Below, piece by piece: positions 1-9,116 of a stretch of 64,000 nt of DNA (its first letter is position 1; the number at the start of each line of letters is the position of its first letter). A model generated the notes under the pieces. The model was not told the DNA's origin, did no database searches, and saw only the letters and a program-made list of their open reading frames with translations. Source of the stretch: Methanomassiliicoccales archaeon (GTDB lineage: Archaea > Thermoplasmatota > Thermoplasmata > Methanomassiliicoccales > JACIVX01); contig JBEKKT010000001.1 of the NCBI GenBank assembly GCA_050010535.1, forward strand, positions 1,372 to 65,371, given 5' to 3'. A program made the position numbers and the translations under genes.

Positions 1-94
1 AATGCAGGTTGATAGATGAATACCAGGTACTTTCGTCCATCCCTCTGTGACAGATATATAAGCAATGTTGGGATTAGACATGACAGGTGCATCG

Positions 95-1558
95 ATGCCT
101 GAGAAGAACATAGAAGAGTTGCCTGGAGTCGGACCCGCAACTGCCGAGAAATTGCGCGATGCTGGATACACCGACTTGATGGCCATCGCGGTAGAGTCTC
201 CGAGAGTTCTCGCCGAGGTGTGCGAGATCGGAGAGAGCACCGCGGCGAAGATCATCTCATCTGCCAAGCAGGCCGCTGACGTCGGTGGCTTTGAAACCGG
301 TGACCTCGTTCTTGAACGAAGAAAGAACATTCACAAACTGACATCTTGTTCCAGAGCTTTTGACGAGCTGATGGGAGGCGGATTCGAGACTCAGGCAATA
401 GCCGAGTTTTTCGGAGAGTTCGGAAGCGGAAAATGTGTGTCCGCTGATACTCGTGTCCTTTTCGAATTCGATGGGTCCACCCACGTCAGGACCATAGAGG
501 ATGTGTACTCGGACTTTGAGCGGCGAAGCAGCACGATGGAATACGACAACGGAGAGATTCTGTCCGCTCCAAAGGTGAGGGTTCTAGGTCTTGTCGACGG
601 CAGAATCATCCCGGTCTCGCCATCGCACATGTATAGAGAGAAGGTCGAGGAGGTCGTGGAGCTGTCCACGGATGGGGGCAGATCCATCACTCTAAGCAGG
701 ATCCACAGGCTGCCCGTTATGAGGAACAGGAGAATCGAATGGGTGCATGCCGGAGGAATCGTAGCGGGTGAGAAAATCGCGACGATCAAAGAAGGCTACG
801 ATGACCTCGAAGGATCGTTCAAAGGGGAAGTTAACCTTGGGATCGATCGAGTGCGTTCAGTCAAATCGATCTCTTACGACGACTACATCTACGATTTTAT
901 CGTGCCTCGGGGACACACATTCGTGGGCGGGAACATTCCGACAGTGCTTCACAACACGCAGATATGCTTCCAACTGGCCGTAAATGCAACGATGCCGTTT
1001 GACAAGGGGGGACTCGAAGGAGAAGTGCTTATGATCGATACCGAGAACACTTTCCGTCCCGAGCGGATAGTTCAGATAGCCACCGCTCTTGATCTCGACC
1101 CGATCGAGACTCTCCAGAGAATCCATGTCGCCCGCGCTTTCAACTCGCATCACCAGATGCTGCTGGTCGAGAAGGCGATGGAGCTTGCGCACGACAAGCC
1201 TGTGCGCCTTTTGATCGTCGACTCCCTGACGGCACACTTCAGGGCGGAATATATCGGAAGAGGGGCTCTCGCGGAGAGACAACAGTCGCTCAACAAGCAC
1301 ATGCACGACCTCCTGAGGTTCTCCGATCTCAATAACGCTGTCATCGCCGTCACGAACCAAGTGACTGCCAAGCCGGATGCGTTCTTCGGGGACCCCACTC
1401 GTCCCATAGGAGGACACATAGTTGGGCACACTGCGACATTCAGAGTCTACCTAAGGAAGAGCAAGGGCGGGAAGCGCATAGCGAGGCTCATCGACTCTCC
1501 GAACCTGCCAGAGGCTGAGGCGGTCATCACTGTGTCTGAAGAAGGAATCAGGGATTGA
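95..1558 (+). CDS. radA: DNA repair/recombination protein RadA (intein-containing precursor)
   Basis: N-terminal HhH ([12 protein letters not shown]), Walker A GEFGSGK|T split by an intein, [22 protein letters not shown]. Start at ATG 95 preferred; the ORF track starts at 65. Confidence 0.97.
   Translation: MPEKNIEELPGVGPATAEKLRDAGYTDLMAIAVESPRVLAEVCEIGESTAAKIISSAKQAADVGGFETGDLVLERRKNIHKLTSCSRAFDELMGGGFETQAIAEFFGEFGSGKCVSADTRVLFEFDGSTHVRTIEDVYSDFERRSSTMEYDNGEILSAPKVRVLGLVDGRIIPVSPSHMYREKVEEVVELSTDGGRSITLSRIHRLPVMRNRRIEWVHAGGIVAGEKIATIKEGYDDLEGSFKGEVNLGIDRVRSVKSISYDDYIYDFIVPRGHTFVGGNIPTVLHNTQICFQLAVNATMPFDKGGLEGEVLMIDTENTFRPERIVQIATALDLDPIETLQRIHVARAFNSHHQMLLVEKAMELAHDKPVRLLIVDSLTAHFRAEYIGRGALAERQQSLNKHMHDLLRFSDLNNAVIAVTNQVTAKPDAFFGDPTRPIGGHIVGHTATFRVYLRKSKGGKRIARLIDSPNLPEAEAVITVSEEGIRD
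434..955 (+). mobile_element. Mini-intein (174 aa) in the RadA P-loop, no homing endonuclease
   Basis: Begins Cys (CVSADT) right after GSGK. Block B-like TLSRIHRL, block F YDFIV, ends VLHN followed by Thr+1 (TQICFQL). Confidence 0.95.
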
Positions 1559-1605
1559 GGGCGATTGCGATAAGAGCTCGCAAACAGTAACGTTGTCACG
1601 CGATC

Positions 1606-2619
1606 ATGACCGGCACCCCCTATCTATTCGAACTTTCAGGTGAGCATCCCACCCTCCCTGAGGCCGAGGCGATTTCCTGCCTATCTTCGGAATGCAATGC
1701 GTTCGAGATTGTGAGGAAAGGCCCAGGCTACCTCGTATCGAGTTTCTCCGACCGCAGGCTCGACGACGTTGGAAACCGACTGGCATTGAGTCATAGGATT
1801 GGCCGTTACCTGGGTTCGTGCACGCTCGACCGACTAGCTCAGTTTGCCGAGTCCCTCGCTCTGCCGGAAGGCGCCGTCTCGGTAAGGGCCAAGCAGTTTC
1901 ATCGCAGCTATCCAGACGTCGATAGTTCGGAGGTGGCTAGCAAAGTCGGAGCGATCCTGGCAAAACGTTCGAAGATCGACCTCGAGTCACCCGAGGTCGA
2001 GGTACGAATTCTCATGTCCGATACCTTCCAGTTCTTCATATGCGACCGCAGAATCGACAGGAAGCAATTCGATGAGAGGAAGGTGGCACTGAGGCCGTTC
2101 TTCTCACCTATCTCCCTGCATCCGCGTTTCGCAAGGGCGCTGGTCAACCTATCGAGAGTCAGGAAGGGCGGTCGACTTCTCGACCCTTTCTGCGGTACTG
2201 GAGGGATAACGATCGAAGCCGCCCTGATTGGCGCCAAGGTGATCGGCTCGGACATATCTCAGGAGATGGTTGACGGGTGCAAGGAGAACATGGCTCATTT
2301 CCGTGCTACTTGGGAAGCCATGAAGAGGGTCGACATCGGGAGCATTTCAGAGGTATTCGGGAAGGTGGATGCCATCGTCACAGACCCGCCGTACGGAAGG
2401 TCGGCGACGACGAACAAAGAGCCACCGCTGGACCTGCACGAGAGGGCCCTCAATTCAATGGCTGATGCACTCAAGGAAGGGGGCAATTTGGCGGTTGTCT
2501 TCCCAGAACTCTGCCTGAAAGGGAGACAAGACCTGGAGCTTCGGGAGACCCACACCCAGAGAATCCATAGGTCGCTGACCAGACACTACTGTATCTTTAC
2601 TAAGAGACTTGTATTTTGA
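1606..2619 (+). CDS. tRNA (guanine-10-N2) methyltransferase, Trm11/Trm-G10 family
   Basis: THUMP-like N-terminus, RPFFSPISLHP, LDPFCGTGG, TDPPYG. Confidence 0.88.
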   Translation: MTGTPYLFELSGEHPTLPEAEAISCLSSECNAFEIVRKGPGYLVSSFSDRRLDDVGNRLALSHRIGRYLGSCTLDRLAQFAESLALPEGAVSVRAKQFHRSYPDVDSSEVASKVGAILAKRSKIDLESPEVEVRILMSDTFQFFICDRRIDRKQFDERKVALRPFFSPISLHPRFARALVNLSRVRKGGRLLDPFCGTGGITIEAALIGAKVIGSDISQEMVDGCKENMAHFRATWEAMKRVDIGSISEVFGKVDAIVTDPPYGRSATTNKEPPLDLHERALNSMADALKEGGNLAVVFPELCLKGRQDLELRETHTQRIHRSLTRHYCIFTKRLVF

Positions 2620-4048
2620 ATAAGAGTGTCGACTCTTGGTATTTGTTGTCTGAAACGGCATAGAGCCCGACGTCCCTCGTGCCGGCGGAGGCCGAAGGGA
2701 GAACGCCGATTTCCATCGTGACGCTCGTCGAGTTGCCGTAAGGAAGGTAGAAATCGAGACTATTGGTGGAATTGAGAGATGACTGATTGCTCAAATGCAA
2801 TCCCGCAGTCAATATATTGGATACATTCTTCACTGTGAGACTCATGTGAATGTCGGTGTTACCGGTGTTGTTCACCATCATCACGAACACCGCAACTCCG
2901 CCGGGGGCTACGGCGGTCGCATTCGAGCCAGTCACGTCGACTTCAAACGAATAATTCGGGGAAATCTGCATGACTGGTATGGGAGTGAATGTGACAACTA
3001 GGATGGCGAGGGCGACGGCCCCGACCGCCTTTCTCTTGATGTCGAGTTTCGAAATGTCGTTCAGCGGGGCGGGATGCCTCAGGCCTAGGAACACAATGAG
3101 GACAGCAAAGAATAGCCAGCCAATGTAAAAAAGGGACATGAAGAACAGTCCGCCTATGGTAGCGTACCCGAGATACCTGGCCTTCTCGCCCAGCAGACCC
3201 CTGGCGATATGCCCCCCATCGAGCTGCCCGGCTGGAAGGAGGTTGATCGCGGTAACAAACATGCCGACCCACGCCGCGATTGCCATTGGGTGCATGACGA
3301 CGCCACTTGGAATCGGGATTATGTATGTCAGGAATTCGAATAGTGGCTGCATGATGAAGCCAATCGCTCCAGCGTCGCCGATGCTTCCCTGCTGAACATG
3401 TCCTTGAGAGGTCAGGAAGAGACCGAGCACCGCTACGGGGATCGTAACCAGGAGACCTCCAATCGGACCTGCGACCCCGACGTCCACGAGTGCCTTCCTA
3501 TCTGGCATAGGGTCGCGCATTGATATGAATGCACCGAACGTTCCCAGAGGGGGAATCGACGGAATGAAGAATGGGAGGGACGCCTCGACGCCGTGCCTCT
3601 TTGACATTAAGTAGTGGCAGAGCTCGTGCGCTCCGAGAATCGCCAAGAGGGGAATCGCAAAGAACACCGCGCCCCATAACAGATTGGATCCGTCAAAGAG
3701 TCTGTAGTTTCCTGAGTACGACGCCCACCAATATGCCCCGGCCACCACCGTGGAAACGAATGTAGCCGCCAGGAGCACCCAGTTAACCCAGATACCCCTC
3801 CTTCTGATCTGCGGCTTCCTTGCGACGTGGATGATGTGCTCTCCGGACTTGTACTCGATGAAAGAGATGTAGGACTTCTCCCCGAGATCCTTCCGCAGCT
3901 TTCCGAACTCTCTTTCAAGGGTCTTTGGGTCAGGATTCACATAGAATGTTAGAGAGTCAGCCGATACCTTGACATCGTATATCGGGAAGTACTTCCCGAC
4001 GATGGACTTTATCAACTCAATCTCAGCTGCCGCATCGGCCTGGCTCAT
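2600..4048 (-). CDS. Site-2 (M50) membrane metalloprotease with C-terminal beta-rich extracellular domain
   Basis: HELCH (HExxH), NLLPAGQLDGG, multiple TM segments. Confidence 0.9.
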   Translation of the reverse strand: MSQADAAAEIELIKSIVGKYFPIYDVKVSADSLTFYVNPDPKTLEREFGKLRKDLGEKSYISFIEYKSGEHIIHVARKPQIRRRGIWVNWVLLAATFVSTVVAGAYWWASYSGNYRLFDGSNLLWGAVFFAIPLLAILGAHELCHYLMSKRHGVEASLPFFIPSIPPLGTFGAFISMRDPMPDRKALVDVGVAGPIGGLLVTIPVAVLGLFLTSQGHVQQGSIGDAGAIGFIMQPLFEFLTYIIPIPSGVVMHPMAIAAWVGMFVTAINLLPAGQLDGGHIARGLLGEKARYLGYATIGGLFFMSLFYIGWLFFAVLIVFLGLRHPAPLNDISKLDIKRKAVGAVALAILVVTFTPIPVMQISPNYSFEVDVTGSNATAVAPGGVAVFVMMVNNTGNTDIHMSLTVKNVSNILTAGLHLSNQSSLNSTNSLDFYLPYGNSTSVTMEIGVLPSASAGTRDVGLYAVSDNKYQESTLLFKIQVS

Positions 4049-4162
4049 ACATCTGCCCCTATCAAGCACCTGCTATTAACCTTTTGCTAGCGATTGAGTA
4101 AGACCAGAAGAATAGGGACGGCAAAGAGAAAAGAGTAATTATCTGTATGCAAATCTGACGCC

Positions 4163-4975
4163 GTGAATCGATTCGCCCGGCTCTTTCGACTTGAGAACTG
4201 CGCTATGGGAGTCGTGGGGCTGATCCTAGGTGCATTCGTGGCAGTCGGAACCTCGATCCTTGACCACCCGCTCCAACTGTCCATCGCATCTGTGATCGTG
4301 TTCTTGTTCATAGCTGCAGGGAACTCGCTCAACGATTACATGGACAAGGAGGTCGACAAGAGAGCGCATCCTAAGAGGCCAATACCTGCTGGCCTGATCT
4401 CCCCAGACACTGCACTGGCCGTCGCGGGAGGTCTATTTGGTGTCTGTCTCGTCATTTCCTTTCTTCTAGACCCCGTGTCCATCGGGGTCATCGTATCAGC
4501 GATCTTCGTCATGCTCGCTTACGAAGCGGGACTGAAGAGAGGGGGTCTCGGTGGGAACTTGTCGATTGCTTGGCTCACTGCTGCGGTTTTCCTGCTGGGG
4601 GGAGCGGTCGTTGGTAAGATCGACATGACCATGATGATAGCAGCGATGGCATTCCTGGCCACGCTCGGAAGGGAAATCGTCAAGGATATCGAGGACATAG
4701 AGGCGGACTTCGACCGTAGGACGCTGCCGATGCGTTTGGGAAAGCGAAAGGCGGGGATCGTCGGCAGTGCGGCCTTCGTCGCCGCCGTGATCCTCAGTCC
4801 CTGGCCCTTCATAGTCAGCATGTTCGGATTGGGCTACCTGATAGTGGTCCTGCTTGCGGATGGAATATTTATATACTGTTCCATTGTTCATTTCCAGAAC
4901 CCCAGAAGAGGCCAGAAGCTTGCCAAGATCGGAATGATAGTCGCCCTAGTAGCATTTCTGATAGGGGGCATTTAA
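4163..4975 (+). CDS. Digeranylgeranylglyceryl phosphate synthase (UbiA family)
   Basis: NDYMDKEVD..HPKRPIP and KDIEDIEAD motifs; hydrophobic; overlaps the GGGP synthase start. Confidence 0.9.
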   Translation: MNRFARLFRLENCAMGVVGLILGAFVAVGTSILDHPLQLSIASVIVFLFIAAGNSLNDYMDKEVDKRAHPKRPIPAGLISPDTALAVAGGLFGVCLVISFLLDPVSIGVIVSAIFVMLAYEAGLKRGGLGGNLSIAWLTAAVFLLGGAVVGKIDMTMMIAAMAFLATLGREIVKDIEDIEADFDRRTLPMRLGKRKAGIVGSAAFVAAVILSPWPFIVSMFGLGYLIVVLLADGIFIYCSIVHFQNPRRGQKLAKIGMIVALVAFLIGGI

Positions 4976-5706
4976 TGAGGGTCAAAGAGTATTTGATGGC
5001 AAAGATGCGCGAGCGGACAGTACACATGACGCTGATAGATCCTGCGAAGCAGGATCCAGCTAGAGCATCCGAGATGGCGAATATCGCGGAGTCTGCGGGC
5101 ACGGATGCGCTCATGGTGGGCGGGTCCACAAACGTCACTCAGGATAATCTGGACTCGACCGTATTGTCGATGAAGAAGGGTTCGATGCTGCCGGTCATTT
5201 ATTTCCCATCAGGTGCGCAGGCGATCTCGAGATACACCGACGCGATCTACTTCATGAGTATGCTCAACAGCCGGAGCATCAGAAACGTGATAGGGGAGCA
5301 GATCGTTGGGGCTCCGATAGTCAAGGAATTCGGCCTTGAACCGATATCCATGGGGTACGTTGTAATCGAGCCAGGAATGAAGGTCGGAGAAGTGGGGCAG
5401 GCTGACCCGGTGCCACGAAGCAGGCCCGATCTGGCCGTGGCGTACGGATTGGCGGCGCAGTATCTTGGGATGGAACTTCTCTATCTCGAGGCTGGCAGCG
5501 GTGCGCCAGAGCCCGTTCCGGACAAGATGATACGGGAGGTCAAGAGGCAAGTCTCAATTCCCCTGATAATTGGTGGTGGAATACGGACCCCTGGCGACGC
5601 GGCAATGATTAAGAACGCGGGGGCAAACGCAATAGTGACCGGTACAATCGTCGAGGATCGCGATTTCGGAAGAAGGCTCGAAGAAGTGATCAGAGCAACG
5701 CGATAG
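4975..5706 (+). CDS. Geranylgeranylglyceryl phosphate synthase
   Basis: HMTLIDP, VGGS, YLEAGSGA, GGGIR motifs. Confidence 0.95.
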   Translation: MRVKEYLMAKMRERTVHMTLIDPAKQDPARASEMANIAESAGTDALMVGGSTNVTQDNLDSTVLSMKKGSMLPVIYFPSGAQAISRYTDAIYFMSMLNSRSIRNVIGEQIVGAPIVKEFGLEPISMGYVVIEPGMKVGEVGQADPVPRSRPDLAVAYGLAAQYLGMELLYLEAGSGAPEPVPDKMIREVKRQVSIPLIIGGGIRTPGDAAMIKNAGANAIVTGTIVEDRDFGRRLEEVIRATR

Positions 5707-5749
5707 TGACGATCGTTCCGTCGGCTTTGATGGACCTCTGGAAGGAAGC

Positions 5750-6340
5750 TCAAACTAGGCTCAATAGCATCTCGTGTATCCTCGTGTCATTCGAAAGTTC
5801 AGGGTGAAAAGCGAGAGCCAGAAGGTTCCCTTGTCTCGCCATGACGATCTTGTTCTCATGCTTGGCCAGAACCTCACATTTCCCCCAGACTCTGCTTATG
5901 ACCGGTCCTCGGATGAACACGGCTCGGAACGGGCTGTACACTCCCTCAACTTCGATAGGGACCTCGAACGACTCCCGCTGCCTGCCGAACGCATTCCGCT
6001 CCACAGCCATATCCATGAGTCCAAGCAGCTCTGTCCCGGTCTTGGAGACCTCATCGTCTCCCTCCTTGGCCAGCAGTATACAGCCGGCACAGGTGCCCAG
6101 TATCGGAAGCCCTCCGTTTCCCAATCGCACGATGCGATCGAAGAGCCCAAAGCGGCGGAGCAATCTCGATATCGTCGTGCTCTCTCCTCCAGGAATTACC
6201 AGGCAGTCCACGACCTCAAGGTCCTCGTTCCTTCGCACTGGGACCACCTGTCCTCCAATCCCCAGGTGTAGCATCGCCGTCTGGAGCGCTTTCAAATGCT
6301 CGGGCACGGCCCCTTGCACCGCAATAACGCCAGCTTTCAT
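5750..6340 (-). CDS. pdxT: PLP synthase glutaminase subunit
   Basis: PGGESTT, GTCAG, RNAFGRQRESF, FHPEL. Confidence 0.96.
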   Translation of the reverse strand: MKAGVIAVQGAVPEHLKALQTAMLHLGIGGQVVPVRRNEDLEVVDCLVIPGGESTTISRLLRRFGLFDRIVRLGNGGLPILGTCAGCILLAKEGDDEVSKTGTELLGLMDMAVERNAFGRQRESFEVPIEVEGVYSPFRAVFIRGPVISRVWGKCEVLAKHENKIVMARQGNLLALAFHPELSNDTRIHEMLLSLV

Positions 6341-6392
6341 GACCAGAACCCTACAGTTCCGTCGCCATCAAGAAACTTTCGGAGAAGGTGCA

Positions 6393-7844
6393 TCAACCGT
6401 AGAGCCTTCTTCTGTCGACGATCGACTGCGTCTTTGGAACGAAATCGAGGCTACCAGGGTCGAGCATCTCCACGATTGGCCTTTCGAGCAGGTCGTTGTC
6501 AAGGCCGGACCTGATCTCCGACATCTGGACCAGCGCCTCTTCGATCCTCTGTCTTGCAACCTCCTTGTTCCCGAGAAACTCGACCTTGAAGCGAAGCCGG
6601 TCCTTGTACCCCTCCCTTTCGATAATCGTCTGATAGTTCACGACGCCAGAAACGCTGAGGACCGCCTCGTCGAACAGGAGCGGGTAGACCTTCTCTCCCA
6701 TTCCGACCTTCGTCATCATGTCCAACCGGCCTTTGATCTTCCCAACCTTGCCGATTGTCTCCAGGCCACACTCGCAGGGTGGATTGATGAAGCTCGATAG
6801 GTCATAGCTCCGATATCGAATCAGAGGAGTGCCCTGGTAGCTCAGCGAAGTGAACACGAGTTCGCCGGGCTCCCTCTCCGCGACATGCTCCCCAGTCTCT
6901 GGATCGATGACCTCGATCAGGAAGTCGGCATCGTTGACGTGAAGACCGTCCTGAACCTTGCACTCGATCGTCGTCGCGAGGCCCATTTCGGTCAGCCCGT
7001 ATTGGCTCAGTGCCTTGCACCCCCAAGCGTCCTCGATCTCTCTACGCATCGATTCAGGAAGGGGCTCTGCCGAGAGTATGATTGCCTTCATTCCGAAGGA
7101 TCTCAGGTCATAATCCTTTCTGGCAAGCATGGTGACCCTGTAGATGAAGGACGTCAGACCGATCATCATCGTGGTGTTCGACCCCTTCATAATACGCGTC
7201 TGTTCATCCACGTCCAGCATGTCCGCAATCACGGACCTCAGTCCCGCGATCTTGCACGCTCCGTCCAGCATGTAGCCCGGGTCCCAGGATGCGATCGTCG
7301 GAAACATGATCTGCAGTGTGTCATCCTTCGTCATCCCAACGGTCTTGAGCGCTGCCGATATCGAGTCGATGATGTGCAGAATGTCATCCCTTGTGAAGAA
7401 GATCCGCTTCCTCAGACCTGAGGTGCCAGATGTCGTATACGCTCTCATCACCTTTCCTTGAGAGACGCAAAGAAAGTGGAATGGTTCCTTGGCGACTTCT
7501 GCGGGCTCGGTCAGCGGAACCTTCCTCAAGTCGTCGAATGTCTTAATGTCCGCCGGACCAACGTCCGCCTCCTTCAGCGCCTTCTCGTAGTATATGCTGT
7601 TCTCCTGGACGTATCCGAGGAGTTTTCTGAACTTGAATAGCCTATACGCTTCGAGATCCTTCCTCTCGATCTCATCAAGCGTGGATTTTCCGATGGCCTT
7701 CCTTAACCCCTGATCGCTCTTAAATGCAGAGCGCACCTGGTCGTGTATCCAGACTTCGAGAGGATGCTCTGTCGTCTCGGAAATCTTACGCGAGGCGAGG
7801 CTCCTTCGGGCCAACGCGATCTTAAGCCTCTTGAGCGGGTCCAC
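6393..7844 (-). CDS. AMP-dependent CoA ligase, phenylacetate-CoA ligase-like (DVU_1553-like)
   Basis: TTSGTSG P-loop, YGLTE, PLIRYRSYD, GRLD. Confidence 0.85.
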   Translation of the reverse strand: MDPLKRLKIALARRSLASRKISETTEHPLEVWIHDQVRSAFKSDQGLRKAIGKSTLDEIERKDLEAYRLFKFRKLLGYVQENSIYYEKALKEADVGPADIKTFDDLRKVPLTEPAEVAKEPFHFLCVSQGKVMRAYTTSGTSGLRKRIFFTRDDILHIIDSISAALKTVGMTKDDTLQIMFPTIASWDPGYMLDGACKIAGLRSVIADMLDVDEQTRIMKGSNTTMMIGLTSFIYRVTMLARKDYDLRSFGMKAIILSAEPLPESMRREIEDAWGCKALSQYGLTEMGLATTIECKVQDGLHVNDADFLIEVIDPETGEHVAEREPGELVFTSLSYQGTPLIRYRSYDLSSFINPPCECGLETIGKVGKIKGRLDMMTKVGMGEKVYPLLFDEAVLSVSGVVNYQTIIEREGYKDRLRFKVEFLGNKEVARQRIEEALVQMSEIRSGLDNDLLERPIVEMLDPGSLDFVPKTQSIVDRRRLYG

Positions 7845-7959
7845 TTCTCACAATAATCGAGGGTATGGGCTTAATCCTTTCCAATCTCAAGAGTGGTCTC
7901 TTCTACACCCACAGCACTCTGACTGACAGTATTATACACTGGAACTACGTAATTTATCT

Positions 7960-8732
7960 GTGACTCGGAACGAGTGGCGTAGCGAATGTTCGATTCTCAG
8001 GAAGCATATCAATCTGGCCGCATCTCCGATCGGGATAACACTACTTGCCTCGGCAAGAGACCTCCTTGCTTTTCCGAGCGTGAAGCTCTTACGAAAACGG
8101 CACCGTGCCATATGGCGGCAATCGCGAGATACTATAGAGAGGATGGGATAGTCGGCGCTTCCGCTGAGAGCATAGATTGCCTTCTGAGCCTGAGCTGCAT
8201 CGGCCTGATCAAGACCCCCGCCCGCGTTGAAGAAGGAATCTTGAACCAACACTTCACCAGCGGGCCCGAGGCAGCCAGGAGACTCAACACTTCGATAGAG
8301 ATGGCCGGCAATAAGGGCAAGAGATACGACGGAGTCATCATAGGACCGCTGGACCTGATGCCGACCGACCCGCATGTCATCGCGATGTATGTCACACCGG
8401 CCCAAGCATTGAGACTGGTCATCGGGTTCGCCTACAGAGAAGGTGAAGCTATAACGGGCACGATCACGGGCCAGGGATCACTTTGCGCCTCGATAGCCAA
8501 GGTCATCGATAGAAATGAAGTTGTCGTTGACATACCTTGCGCCGGGGACCGCGCCTATGGTTTCGTCCAGGAGCATGAACTCGTCGTGACCTATCCGGCG
8601 GGGAAGACCCAAGAGCTCATTGCAGGCTTGGAGGCGACGGAATCCATTGCCAGGCATCCGTTCAAGCTCTTCTTGAACTGGCCCGTCGTCATCTGGCCCG
8701 AATTCGAGCCGAGGAAGGGCGACCTTGGCTGA
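7960..8732 (+). pseudogene. DUF169 family protein, frameshifted near 8070-8095
   Basis: DUF169-like N-terminus (LRKHINLAASPIGITLL) lies in the 7960 frame; the body (PCHMAAIAR, TPAQALRL, GQGSLC, PCAGDRAYG..EHEL) lies in the 7986 frame. Confidence 0.7.
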
Positions 8733-8810
8733 AAGAAGTCTGCCCTCGTCCAATCGCTCTGGAGAGAATTTATATAGACGCGCGCCGCTCAGTCCGCAAG
8801 AGGAAGAAGG

Positions 8811-9116
8811 ATGGTACTGACACCACACATGCGGCAAATGGGTGTGACACCGAACCTTTTGAAAACGACGAAACAGGTAGTGTGCCCGATGTGCGGGCAC
8901 GAGTTCAGCCTGTTCCAGTCAAGGGCCATTGCGTGCAGGGGGTGCAGGAGAGCCGCAACTAGCTGCGAGAATGCACGCTGCCCGAGATGCGACTTTGAGT
9001 TCCCGTTGACGCTGATGCATGTCAATAACGCGCAGCGGCAAAGGGAGATCTCGACCTACATGAATAGCATCCTTGCCAACTACAACAGAAGCGTCGGCAA
9101 GAAAGGGACGCGCTAA
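8811..9116 (+). CDS. Small Cys-rich zinc-ribbon-like protein
   Basis: CPMC, CRGC, C, CPRC; purine-rich RBS-like sequence upstream. Confidence 0.75.
   Translation: MVLTPHMRQMGVTPNLLKTTKQVVCPMCGHEFSLFQSRAIACRGCRRAATSCENARCPRCDFEFPLTLMHVNNAQRQREISTYMNSILANYNRSVGKKGTR

Noticed and set aside
5841-6800. 319-aa plus-strand ORF
   Set aside because: Antisense shadow of pdxT and the CoA ligase; Ser/Pro-rich with no motifs.
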